A DNA stretch of 64,000 bases, taken from NCBI GenBank assembly GCA_904063045.1, contig CAJFCJ010000014.1, forward strand, positions 1,609,643 through 1,673,642, read 5' to 3'. Below are positions 24,696-36,700 of the stretch, in pieces; positions within the stretch are counted from its first letter, which is position 1, and every line of letters starts with the position of its first letter. The DNA is from Dimorphilus gyrociliatus (taxonomy: Eukaryota > Animalia > Annelida). Under the pieces are notes generated by a model. That model saw only the letters and a program-made list of their open reading frames with translations. It had not been told where the DNA came from and did no database searches. The position numbers and the translations under genes are program-made.

Positions 24696-25220
24696 TCTTG
24701 TATCTGTGGAGTTGTGTATAATTATAATAAATGTTTGTTTGTATTGTTGACTATTTTGTATTGCACCTAAATATAAACGGGTGTTTCAACAGTTTTCAAG
24801 TTATCAAAAGTAAAACATCCGGTTCTGGAGAGCGCCATCTATACAGTATGTTTAAGATATTGAAAGAAAGACTTTTAAAGTGCACAGAAGTTATATAATG
24901 AACTTAACTTGACCACATTTTACACATTAGTTCCATTAATCTGAATTTCTTTTAAAGTTTGAACGAATATACTTTTTTCATATTAACAGTTTAGGATATA
25001 AGCATTATATCTTGGTGTATGAATTATGAAAGAATGTAAAAACAACCAGTTAATAAAATGGTTTCATATACCTAATAAAACACATCGAGATTTGTTTTAG
25101 ATTAATCAGAGATTTAAACTATTATACTTTTCAACTATGGTTATCGAATAGTATTCCAACCCAGTTCGTCTACAGTACGATTTTTATTTTTACTGAATCT
25201 AAGCCATTATATGTCAAAAT
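24696..25220. promoter_or_regulatory. Bidirectional promoter between SCaMC and PQBP1
   Basis: Head-to-head starts 525 bp apart. Contains ETS-like ACATCCGGTT and YY1-like GCGCCATCT near 24815-24840. Confidence 0.5.
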
Positions 25221-26123
25221 ATGCCTCTTCCCGCGGCTTTAGCAGCAAAGTTACAGAAGCGAGGACTACTCGCCGCAGATGAAGCAAGAGCAGGTATAAC
25301 GATTAAAGGAAACTTTAACATTATTGTTTTATTCTTATTTTATCGCTCAGAGCACGAAGAAGAAGTCTTCGCTGAAGATTACGACGATCCCGATAATGAA
25401 GAACCATATATGTATGGCTCAAAATTTTGCTACGAGGCTGTCGACTGTCCTAATAAGTAAGGATTTTTAGTCCGTTTAAATTTTATATTGGTTATATTTT
25501 ATAGTCATATTAAAATAAACGATAATATAAAAAACACTTGGTGTTTGAACAGGAACAACGATTTCCATCAATGTTCGTCGTATTGCAAGAAACGTTACGG
25601 CTTGAAACGATTTCGACCTGAACCTATTATGGATAGGAGAAGAATAAAAATGCTTAAAAGGCACCCAATTCCGCCTGGATGGGTAGAAGTAGCTGATCCT
25701 GACACGGGAAGATACTACTATTGGAATACAGGAAATGATAAAGTTTCGTGGTTTCCACCTACGCATCCTAAATGTCGAATGTCATTTTCCAACAAGAAAG
25801 AGATTGATCCCAAAAAAGTTGAATCGGATTCTGACGAACATCCAGATTTTGAGGAATTAGAAAGAGATTTAATGAGAGAAAAAGAAAAAGAAAAAGAAAA
25901 AAAGAAAAAGGGAAGGAGTCATAGAAGAAGATCAGATTCTCCATTAGATCCAATGGATCCCGCATCATACTCGGATATACCTAAAGGAAAATGGAGTGAT
26001 GGTTTAGAAGTCGGTAGTCAAAAAACAGGAGCCGATAGTAGCGTTACAGGTACTAATTTTCAACAAAGACCTTATCCAAATCCTGGAGAAGTTTTGAAAA
26101 TGAACGACGAACATTCAGATTAG
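25221..26123 (+). CDS. PQBP1: Polyglutamine-binding protein 1
   Basis: MPLPAALAAKLQKRG start, EE.FAEDYDD, CPNK..FHQCS, WW domain (IPPGWVEVADPDTGRYYYWNT..DKVSWFPP), C-terminal LDPMDPASYSD.PKGKWS.GL and QQRPYPNPGEVL. Two short introns. Confidence 0.92.
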
Positions 26124-28084
26124 GAAAGACAAAAGAACAAAAGAGAAAGTTGAAAATTGGAAGATTTCATTTATTTTTTACAGAGAAGATAAAAAAAATC
26201 GTCGTGTCCGTTAAATCATTGTATTATTGTCATTTTATTGTTTATCAGTTTGGTCAAATAGATTCTGTTTCTTCTTGAATTTACATCAACTGTATATATT
26301 AACATTTACATTTAATTTGAGATATTTAAACCTTTATCTTTATTTATATAAAGTATAATATAAATAAATTTAGAAGATAATTTATATAAGATATTTGTTA
26401 TTGTTTTATTAAAAGTCATTTAATTAGGTCAGTTTTTGAAATAAAAGTTTTGTTATGATTTTTTTTGTTCTTTTATTTCTTGGAAGTTTTAAAAAAATAT
26501 TTCAAATTGGAAGTTTTATATAAAAATTTTAGAATAAAGATCAAGAATAAAATTGTTCTATTTTTGTTTAATACAAATTTCAAAGACTCGTTAGCGCTTC
26601 TCAAAGGAATGTACTCACCAATACCTATAAAAGTGTGAAAATTTTCCCATTCGAGTGCGGTTGTCGTTCCGTCTGGAGGAAGAATGTTTTCTGCCTAAAC
26701 AGTGTTATAATCGGCGATTGTCCTCCTTCGTCCTCTTTCTTTTTTAGAACAAGTAAGTTTTTTTCAGTTTTTATTACGTCTTTCTAAAATATCTTTCTTA
26801 TTAATAGAGTTTGCTATTTATGGCCACCAAACTGAATTTTTCTTAAAGAATAATTGTATGAAAATTGATGATTGTGATCTTTCGGTGTTGCTCTTTAACA
26901 CCGCCATTGTTGTACATTTATTCAAAATTTATGAACGAAGACAAGCCAATTGATTTGCAGTACCGGTAGATAAGCAGAAAGACACAGAAAATTAAGAGGA
27001 AGGAGTTATTTACGTGTTCAACGTCAAATTCATTATTCATTTGACGTTTAGAAAACTGAATAGAGGACGATCTCCAAGATTATACAGAAGAATAACGGTA
27101 GAATAACGTTTTCGATATTAAACAGGGACATTATCGCTCTCCAACTTTTGAGACCTGTTTGAAACCCTAAAAATTGGCAAATTGTATATGATAGTGTCAT
27201 TATTTGTGTATTGTGTAAAAGCCAAATTTAGGACGGGTTATACTTTCCAAAAATAGGAAAAAATTGTTTTCAATTGAGTTTGGAAATTAACAAAATAATA
27301 GAAACAAACAAAAATAAAATACAGTTACTTTTTATTTTTGTTTTTCTTCTCTTTGTGTTTTTTGTTAGAAATATTTTTGTAAATTCCAAAAGTCACGTGA
27401 TTAAAACAATTTTTTTCATACTGGAAAGTAAAAATATTTGTATTGTTGTAAAGAAAGAAAGAAAAAACAAAATACTTTTCAACAGATCAGAAAACAACTT
27501 TATATTTTCCCTAAAATCTCTGATAAATTATTATGTTAAAAGGAAAAAAAAGCATAAAATATGAAAATAATGAAAAAAAACCAGTTTAAATATGTCCGGA
27601 GTTTTTAATAATAAAAATAAAGCACTAAGAAAATGTTCTTTTAATGTTCTATTCTATTTTATTTTTGATTACGTAATCTAAAGAATATATTAGGTTTAAA
27701 AGTATAAAGGTCAAAGTTGTTTGTGTTTTAGAGAAAATGGTTATATTTGGAACACTGCGGACGTGTAACAGTACTTAACTCTATTATTGAATCTAGTTAA
27801 AGGATAGACTTATATTAGCTTATACTCAATTAACTTTAACTATTATATACAGTACATATTCTAAGGTGATATAGGCTGATAAAATGTCCTAATTAAATGA
27901 ATGACGAATTGAAAATTATTATTTAAAAGTTGAAGATAGTTTTGAATTGACTCAAACCTATTAACATAGTTAATACAAAACCTTCGTTCTCTATAAAGCT
28001 CTGTACTTTAAAAGTGTTTTCTATTTGATTCTTTGTTGTTGTCTATTTCTTTGTTTTTTTTTACCCTTTGAATTTCTCTGTATC

Positions 28085-29173
28085 ATGAGAATGAAAGTAG
28101 AATTACTTTTCTTAATTAACTTGCTTACTCTATGTTTAATTTGTCATGGTGAAAAGTTGAATATCGGATTCCTCGATCTTCATCAACATAGAATTATTGA
28201 AGGACAAGTTTTTCTATCTAGATTTGGATTTTTGGATAATAAATTTCCTATTGATATTAAACAGGTTGACGTATCTTTAAACTGCATTTCTCCTGGAAGG
28301 GATGTTGAAGTTTCTCCTAGGGAATTCATCTTTAGGAAAGGAGAGGAAACTGATAGATATATCGATATTTTTATTGCAAATGATAAACACTTTGCCGAAA
28401 ATGAAACTGTTAGTTGTAATGCTTTATTAATTGGACATAGAGCTGACTCTTCAAAGGTACAATATACATCTTCGTACCTGCCCTCTATCGATATTATTAT
28501 CAACGTGGCGTACGATCACGATATATCGCAGATTGTTAAGGGAGTTGATAACGATGGAAAAGATGTATTAAAGTTGATATGCTACAATTTTCTCGGAAAG
28601 AAGTTGAAAAATATTAATTTATTGTCAGATCTACTTTTAGGCTTTTCTGTTATCGGTCAATTAAGTACGAAACACCATATGCAACAATTTATTCTCGATA
28701 GTAGATTGGGTAGATTTATAATTAATCCAGTCAATATTGTCCTACCAAATGGAGAACATATTGAATGGGAAACTTTTATGGAATTGCATTACGGCTTCAA
28801 TCCTTCAATAGTAATGATAATGGACCAAGATACAATTGATATAAATGTATTTAGTGGGAGTAGAGATTTAAAATTAACAGTTGAAAGGTTTAAGCAAGCT
28901 GATAATAGTTATTATTTGAATTTCAATATATTAAATTTATATAGCGGTTATCAAATTGATAATTTCACAAGGGGTGTTCTTGGACTTGTTGCAAAGAATA
29001 AGTATACGTTTATTGAAGGAGAAGGTGAATTATCAAAAGTTTTGGTTAATAATCGCTTAGTTCATTCATATAAGAAAAAGATATCATCGTCTGGTAAATT
29101 ATGTTATAAGCTTGATTTGAATGATATCGTTAAACTTGAAGAAAAGTTTACACTCCCTGGATTTCATATTTAG
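28085..29173 (+). CDS. Intronless secreted protein: one Calx-beta-like domain + inter-alpha-trypsin-inhibitor heavy-chain C-terminal-like domain
   Basis: Signal peptide MRMKVELLFLINLLTLCLICHG. FIFRKGE...IDIFIANDKHFAENETV resembles Calx-beta. C-terminal ICYNF...LLSDLLLGFSV...RGVLG resembles ITI_HC_C. Clear paralog of the next gene. Confidence 0.7.
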   Translation: MRMKVELLFLINLLTLCLICHGEKLNIGFLDLHQHRIIEGQVFLSRFGFLDNKFPIDIKQVDVSLNCISPGRDVEVSPREFIFRKGEETDRYIDIFIANDKHFAENETVSCNALLIGHRADSSKVQYTSSYLPSIDIIINVAYDHDISQIVKGVDNDGKDVLKLICYNFLGKKLKNINLLSDLLLGFSVIGQLSTKHHMQQFILDSRLGRFIINPVNIVLPNGEHIEWETFMELHYGFNPSIVMIMDQDTIDINVFSGSRDLKLTVERFKQADNSYYLNFNILNLYSGYQIDNFTRGVLGLVAKNKYTFIEGEGELSKVLVNNRLVHSYKKKISSSGKLCYKLDLNDIVKLEEKFTLPGFHI

Positions 29174-29794
29174 AATTATAACTAAAAGATGAACTGTTTT
29201 ATTATGTGTCTTCTGTTCATAAAAGGATAATTATGTCAACTTTATGAATAAACAGTTTCAAGTAATAAAGTATAAGAATAATTCACTCTTTTGTATTATA
29301 TTCAAAATAACGGCTTAATTTTTTCTGTCCATTCTATCTCTCTCTCTGCTATACAGCTAATATTATAGCTTTCTTATTTTTTGAAGTGTTTAATGAAGAT
29401 TATAAAATTATATGTAACGATCCGTTGTCCTAGATATTATAAACGATAATTGATCTAGATTTAAAAATTCCAGACAATTTATCACAAAAAACTAGGTTAA
29501 ATGAAAAGAGAGACAGAGAGCGATGTAGAAAACGGAAAAGTGGGGAGATTCTTTTAATAAAATTTGAACTTAAATAGGAGATTGTTTGAAAAATTAACTC
29601 TAAATTTTAGATATAAATAGGTCAATGCTATTAAAAAACATGAAAAAAAACTTTAAAATGCTCTTTACAGGTTGAAAATACTCACAAACATGGTAGAAGC
29701 TGCTAGATTGTACTCAATTTTTCCTATATAAAAGGTCGAAAATTTAGTTATTGTATGGTCGTGATCAGCTTAATGCCATAAATATTATAAAATA

Positions 29795-31231
29795 ATGCTG
29801 TACTTGACTGTGTTTGTTGCTTCTTTGGTAATGATGGCTTGTGGCCATGTACAATTGGGTTTTATTGGTCATATTGATGAAGCAATACCGGAAGGAGTAA
29901 CTAAAACCATGAAATTTGGGTTCTTGAACAATGTACGTTTTCCGGAAGATACACTTGGAATTGACGTTGCTTTGAGCTTTACCTCTCCAAAAAGTATAAT
30001 TAGTGCTAAGCCCGAAAAAATTCGTTTTTTACCTGGAGAACATAGATATTTCAACATAGATGTTTTGGCAGAGGATAATGGTATTATTCAAGATTCGATT
30101 GTTGGTTGTACATTTTCTATATTCTTTCGGTTTACAAATGGTTCCCGAGCAGTACAACCTTTCGAGCAAGAACCTATAAATTTTTCTCTTATTGATTCTT
30201 CTAAATTAGTTTCGTTTGGTTTTCTTGGTTATTCTGGTCAACCGCTTACTGTTGGACAGAAAACTGACTTTTTATTTGGGAACTATGGTTCTTTTCCAAC
30301 TGGAGTTAGTGAAGTAATGGTTAAGATTGAAGTGACATCACTTGGAAGGCATATTAAGATTACTCCCGAAACTCTCACGTTTACACGATCGTCATCATCA
30401 ACCCAGACTTTGACGATAGTCGTTGAGAAATGCTACGAAAAGGAGATTGATAAACGAGTAGCGTTTTCTTCAAGCATTCGCATTACTGACAATCAAGGCA
30501 ATACAGAGACTACACTGTCAACTCAACCTACAATATTCGCTTCGATTCATGATACGTCCCAAGATCCTTTTATCATGCAAACGGTAAGGGGAGAAGATGA
30601 AAATGGTCGCAGCTCATATGAAAATATATGCTACGAATTCAAGAGTGAAATGGGTGAACGTCTAGAATTTTTAAACGATCTTCTTCTAGGCTTTTCAGCC
30701 GTTTGCGAATTTAGAGATAGTTATCATATTGAACGCATTTTCGTCAAGACTAGATTGGGAACAATAGTTATTTCTGTTAGGAATATTATATTGACTAGTG
30801 GTATGATTTCCACGTGGGAAGATTTAATCGAGCAAAAGTTAGGCTTAGATCCATTCGTTGTTATTCAAACTTATGGTGATAGAGTGTCAATTAAAGCGAA
30901 GAGTGGCGAAAGAAAACTAGTAGTAGATATTGAGAGAATCAACGACAGCGTTGTCAAGAGCCATTTAAATTTAATCATTCAACAAACATCTAAAGGGAAT
31001 GAATTAGATAAATTCAATGGTGGTATTTTTGGCATTGCTGCAAATAACAACTACAAATTTCTACGACCCGTTCAAGGTGACGAAGGAACAATTGTCATAG
31101 TAAATGATCAAGTTGTGTCGGCAACCTTGAAGAAATATAACAAATCTGAAAGTAAATGTTTCTCTCTTTCATTGGACGATATTGTTGATATTAGAGTAGT
31201 ATCAGCATTTACGACAATTGATGGAATATGA
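29795..31231 (+). CDS. Intronless secreted paralog: two Calx-beta-like repeats + ITI heavy-chain C-terminal-like domain (478 aa)
   Basis: Signal peptide MLYLTVFVASLVMMACG; internal repeat (LGFIG...PEKIRF / FGFLG...PETLTF); DPFIMQ...ICYEF...FLNDLLLG...HLNL...GGIFG...C. TATA-like CTATATAAAAG at about 29724-29734. Confidence 0.72.
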   Translation: MLYLTVFVASLVMMACGHVQLGFIGHIDEAIPEGVTKTMKFGFLNNVRFPEDTLGIDVALSFTSPKSIISAKPEKIRFLPGEHRYFNIDVLAEDNGIIQDSIVGCTFSIFFRFTNGSRAVQPFEQEPINFSLIDSSKLVSFGFLGYSGQPLTVGQKTDFLFGNYGSFPTGVSEVMVKIEVTSLGRHIKITPETLTFTRSSSSTQTLTIVVEKCYEKEIDKRVAFSSSIRITDNQGNTETTLSTQPTIFASIHDTSQDPFIMQTVRGEDENGRSSYENICYEFKSEMGERLEFLNDLLLGFSAVCEFRDSYHIERIFVKTRLGTIVISVRNIILTSGMISTWEDLIEQKLGLDPFVVIQTYGDRVSIKAKSGERKLVVDIERINDSVVKSHLNLIIQQTSKGNELDKFNGGIFGIAANNNYKFLRPVQGDEGTIVIVNDQVVSATLKKYNKSESKCFSLSLDDIVDIRVVSAFTTIDGI

Positions 31232-31495
31232 AGAAAATTTTTTACACAAAAAAATGAAAAGAAAATGAAATTAAAAAACTGAAATCTAGACTTTGATTGA
31301 ACCAAGAATTTTTTTTGTATATTTTATTTTTTTTCGTTAAAAAATGTTTTTGCAACCGAAAAGAGTTAATGCTTGTATCTCTCTCTCTCTAAATCTTATA
31401 TTCTTTTATACAAATAAGTATTTAGCTTTTTTTTGTAATTCAATTTTAGAAAATTTAGAAAATAAATGCAAAATTAGTTCTGATTCAATTGTTTT

Positions 31496-31524
31496 CATTC
31501 ATTCATTCATTCATTCATTCATTC
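31496..31524. repeat. (CATT)n microsatellite
   Basis: Direct reading of the sequence. Confidence 0.9.
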
Positions 31525-31962
31525 GCTCTCTCTCTTTGGTCGTAAAAGTTTTGGGCAGGGTCAAAAAAATAGATAATAAAAAAAATGATTAGAATTATTG
31601 CTGAGAATTTTAATATTTCGAAAAAATTAACCTATGCGATATAGAATTTTACAATGCTTTTAAAATTATTGAAGAGGGATATGAGGATGAAAAAAATCAT
31701 GGGATAGCATATTATTTTATGGCTCTTCGACTTGTAAAATATAAGATAAATTGTAATAAAATAATATAAAAACAATAGAAGAAGAAAAATAAAAAAGAGA
31801 GAGGAGAGAGAGAAAGACACTCGTTGAATATAATCTAATTCATTTTTTAGTTCTATCCTTATAGTTGTTTTTTTCTAATCGTGATTTGTTTATTTTAGTC
31901 TATTTTAAGTGACAGAGTGAGAAAGAGTTAATTCTCTCTCGCATTTAACAATTCCTATATAA

Positions 31963-33269
31963 ATGACTCAATGTAATTGGAATAGAAGAATTTACTTTAG
32001 TTTTTACGTAATAATTCTATTATGTTTAGTTGACAAAAAGGTCGACTGTCAATTTAATTCTTTTACTAAGAATATTGCAGTTTATACTGGAAGATCCAAT
32101 TTTGATTTTACAATCGATTCTAATACTTTTGATTATAAGGGTAGCGCATTTGGAATAAAAGATGGTGAATATCAGCTAATTGGTAATGAAAATGGTATTG
32201 TAGATAGTCAAAAATATCGTTACAAGGAAGAAGGATCTGGGAATAAAAGGAAAATTATATTTACCCAACCAACGTTTAATTATTCGGATAATTTATATTT
32301 TGATTTGCATACAAAATTTCTTGATGGATACGAAGGTGTTACCTTAGTAACTAGAGTTGCTTTAGTAATATTGTGTGAGTATCTCTTTCTGTTTGAATAT
32401 ATCATCAATCATTTAAAGATATATTTTTGCTTACTTTTATGTTTTTTAGCCGATTTTACAACAACTTGTCCTAATGATTCTAAACAGAAAGTCCTATTAA
32501 ATGAAAGCAATAATACATTTTCATTCGATGTAAGCGTTAAATTCCAGCATTATTCACCAGCTCTTACTTGCGAAGTTTATGGTGGATTGGCAAATTTGAA
32601 TAAAGAACTTGAATATACTAGACAAGATTTTGACAAACCTTTGCAAGGTTCTGTTAAATATTCAATTACTATTAGAAACTTCTTTAGGGGTGGAACCGAC
32701 GTAAAGTGTTACTTCTCCTACGACACATCTCAATATGTTGATGATAATGAAAAAGATCATATGCTTTCCATTCCACCAAACAAAACTGTCGGAATTACGT
32801 ATCAGTTTAGAACTGAAACTAATCAACCAACTTTCTTTTCCGACAATGACATTAAAAGTGTTACGAATACATTTTCCATCGATATCCACTGTAAATAGAT
32901 TGATTAATTAGTATTTATTTATATATTAATTAGTTAAATTGTAATTAGATGGACCTGAAGACGTTTCAGCTAACCTACATCCATTGAAGAGTAACTTTAC
33001 TTATTGTTTTTATAAAAGTGGCTTCGTAACATTAACAAATGTAACTTGGACGGTAAATTTTACAAGTTAAAAAGTTTATCCAAAGTTCATAAAAATCTAT
33101 TGAATCTAAGGTGAACGAAATAGAACAAAATGAAACAACTCGAGAATTAGACATTAAAGAGTTAAACGAGAGACCATTGAATATAACTTGTAAGCCATGC
33201 GTTAAATATGAAGATAACTCTGAAAAATGCGTACTTAGCGAGACGTTTACATTGGAGAAAGGTTTGTAA
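31963..33269 (+). CDS. Secreted Ig-superfamily protein with one triple-Ig-like unit and no anchor (371 aa)
   Basis: Exons 31963-32374, 32450-32890, 32949-33052, 33111-33269; sum 1116 nt in frame. Signal peptide, YGP linker, NVTWT|VN split domain; same exon layout as the units of the next gene. Confidence 0.75.
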
Positions 33270-33714
33270 GGCTTACTAATTTTTTTAAATAGGTTAATGT
33301 TTCTGTAATATCTAATCCCCAAAACGAAATAGTTAGATTTTATAGCCTACATAAAAGAATTTAGCTTGATATGAGAAAATAGATATCCTCTCATAGTACT
33401 TACTGAAAACAAGCTGATATAGATATATTTTAGATTAGATGGAGGGAGAGAGATACTTAATATAAAGTTATGATATAATTTTTCTCATTCTGTTTCAGTC
33501 TCTGAAACGTTCGTTTGCATTTTCATTTTCTTTTTGTTGTTGTTTTTTTGTTTTTACTTTAAAATCCTTTTCAAACTACTTTCCATTCGTTCACAACCTT
33601 TATATATCTTCTATTCATTTTGTTGTTTTGTTCCTATTCTTTCTTTCTCTCTTCTTCTCAATTTCTCTCCATATTTCTTTATTTTTTTGTGAGAAAACAA
33701 TTGAAAAGTTCTAA

Positions 33715-36700
33715 ATGAAATTGCTAATATATTCGATATTAAATTTATTATTTATTGGAGTATTTACTCAACCTGAACCACCTCATATTGCGGTTTACGA
33801 AGGGATGTCAAATTTTTCATTCTCCTGTCCAATCGTCTTTGAAAGGGAAAATATAACAAGTATTGGATACGGAGTTGATAAAGATGATGATACAAAAAAT
33901 TTGTTGATTGCTGACGCAAATGGAATAGTGGACGATCAAAAACATAGATATTCTCTTAAAATATTCAATGAAACTTGGAAAGTAACATTTACACAAGAAA
34001 CTCAATCGTACGAAGATAATGCTTATTTTAGTTGTATTTCTAAAACAGAAAGTTTAAGAGCAGTGTTTGTTTTATTATGTAAGTTTTAGAAATGAATAGT
34101 AATATTGTTATTTCTCTTATATTTCTTTAATAATAGCCAACTACGAATGTGATAAACAAGGAAATGTTGATGTATTACATGGTGATAAGATGAATTTCGT
34201 CATGAGTACCAATTTTACTCATTTTAGTCCGTTTATTGTTTGTCAATCGAGTGATGAATTTCTATCTATTACGAAAACCGAACGAGTTGACATATTCAAT
34301 ATGATAGATACATATGAAGCATTGAAAGGATTCATTGAAGGACAAATATCTGTTGAAGGATTCGATAAAAAACCAGCTAATTTAACTTGCTCCTTCACTT
34401 TTGACCCAGAGAAGGATCTTGATTCAGAACAGTATATTCGTCTGTCGCTTATGCCACCAATTTTTTCTCAGGTTTCTTCTACTCAACCATCCTTCCACGA
34501 TAAGGGTGATCAGAGTAAATTAGCTTGCAACATAAATTTCAATGTACAGTGTAAGTCTCTGTCTAGATGTTTTAAAGAGATTTAATACTTTGTTATTATT
34601 CTTTCTTCGTCTTTTGCTCCTTCCCCTCCCCCTCCACCCAACGACCCCTTTTAGATGGTCCTGATAGCGTAACGATAACAGAAATTGACAACACAACCGT
34701 ACGATGTCAGTACAAGGCTAACTACTCAAATAGATTGTATACCAATTGGACGGTATTGAGAATATCAATACATCCTTTTCTTCTTCAGATAATCAAATAT
34801 TTAATTAACAGATTAACGGAACTATTGTAAATAATGAAACTAAGGATATTTTGGATTTAAGTAGTTATCATAATGTTCGTCCCATATTTGTCACGTGTAG
34901 GCCCTCTATAGAATTTTATAATAGCCAAATAAATAGCTCGGAAAGTGAAGTTTTTGCTTGGGGATTAGGTATGATATAGAAATATGTAATTATTATATAA
35001 AGAGTGATTTATTATCATATTTTACTGTTCTATGATATATTCATTATACTCTATACTATATCTTTGTTTAAACGATGTTTAGATGCTGTACCACCTACTC
35101 TTTCTCCTCCTCCTCTTGACCGTCATATACCATCAAATTTGGCGTTGTATGAAGACCAGGACAAACCTTTTCAATTTTTCTGCCATGGTTGGCCTGCTGT
35201 TCCACCAATTATAGATTACTCCTCTTACGGGCCAACTGATGATGGAAATGATAAAAAACTCATTGCTGATAGAGATGGTATTGTTCCTGGAGAAAGTCAT
35301 AGATATCAAATGGAAGTTGACGAATACTTTAGTAGAGTTATCATTTATAACGCTTCAGTCAAATCATATGAAGATAACGCCTATTACGAATGCGCCACTG
35401 GTAAAGAAGCATTTAGATCCGCATTTGTAGTTTTATGTAAGTAATTGACAAATTTTTTATATATCATGTATATATACTAATATATTCTAAGATATATATA
35501 AAATTTATATATATATTTATATATATATATATAATTTATAGCCGATTTTAATTGCCATACGAGAACTTTGTTCGGAGTTGAGGATTTACCTTTGGAGTTT
35601 GAAATAAGCGTTAATTTTACTCATTTTGCACCACTTTTCAAATGTGAAAGTGATACCAATGTAACACTTATCCCCGATTATAACTATTACATGAATGATC
35701 CTAACAAGCCAATGAAAGGAACTGTTACTGGAAAAGTAACACTAGGCAATCCATCAAGAAATGCAACATATCTTCAATGCTATTTTACATACGATTCAGA
35801 AGATTACGTATTCTTTAATGAACTGAATCATTTGTTAAGTATTCCACCAGCTCAGTCTTTCGCTGATTCTCTCCAACCGAAATTCGCTTATGAAGAAGAT
35901 AAAGATAAAGTCTCTTGTCGTAATCCACTAAATATTCAATGTAAAATTTTTCATTTTATTATCTTTATGATGTTTTACTATGGTTAAAGGATATTTTCTC
36001 TTTCCATTTTAGTCGGTCCCGACAATGTAGAAATTAAGGAAAATGATACTGTAAATACTACAGTGGAGTGCCATTTCATCGGTCATTTCAAAGAATATAA
36101 GTATACTAATTGGATTGTAAGTGTTTTTAATTATCATTTTATTGAAAATTTAGCCCAATTTTTAACATGTTTTATTAAAACTAGGTTAATGGCGAATTGA
36201 AATTTAATAGAACTCAAGTGTATGTAGATTTATCCCCAATTGAAATTGAAGCAGATATTACATGTGAACCTTGCGTGGAATTTTTCAACGAAGTAGTCAG
36301 ATGTAAAGAAAGTAGTAATGTTTATCATTGGAAGCCGATTGGTTAGATATATTCATTTTTTCATCAACAATCCATCTTACAATGATTTTACACTATTCTT
36401 TTATTCCATAGTTACACCACCTCCTCCTACAACTGAAGCACCCATACCAATTAGAGAAAGTCCCACAAATCTAGTAATATTTGAAGGAAGAAAGAATTTT
36501 TCTTTCTCTTGTTCACCATTTCCAGCAAACGCAACGATCATTGGAGATTCTGTTAAATACGATAATCAGCTAAAGGGCGTGCTAATTTCTAATGAAACAT
36601 CAATACTTCCCGAATACGATGATCTTTACGATATAACGATAGAAGATGACGGCACACGAACAGTATACTATACAGAGACAAGTGATAAATATAGAAATAA

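Noticed and set aside
27274-27564. 96-aa Lys/Phe/Ile-rich ORF
   Set aside because: Non-ATG start and AT-rich compositional artefact.
33262-33292. Possible 31-nt intron at the end of the secreted Ig gene
   Set aside because: Much shorter than other introns here; either reading ends the protein within two codons.
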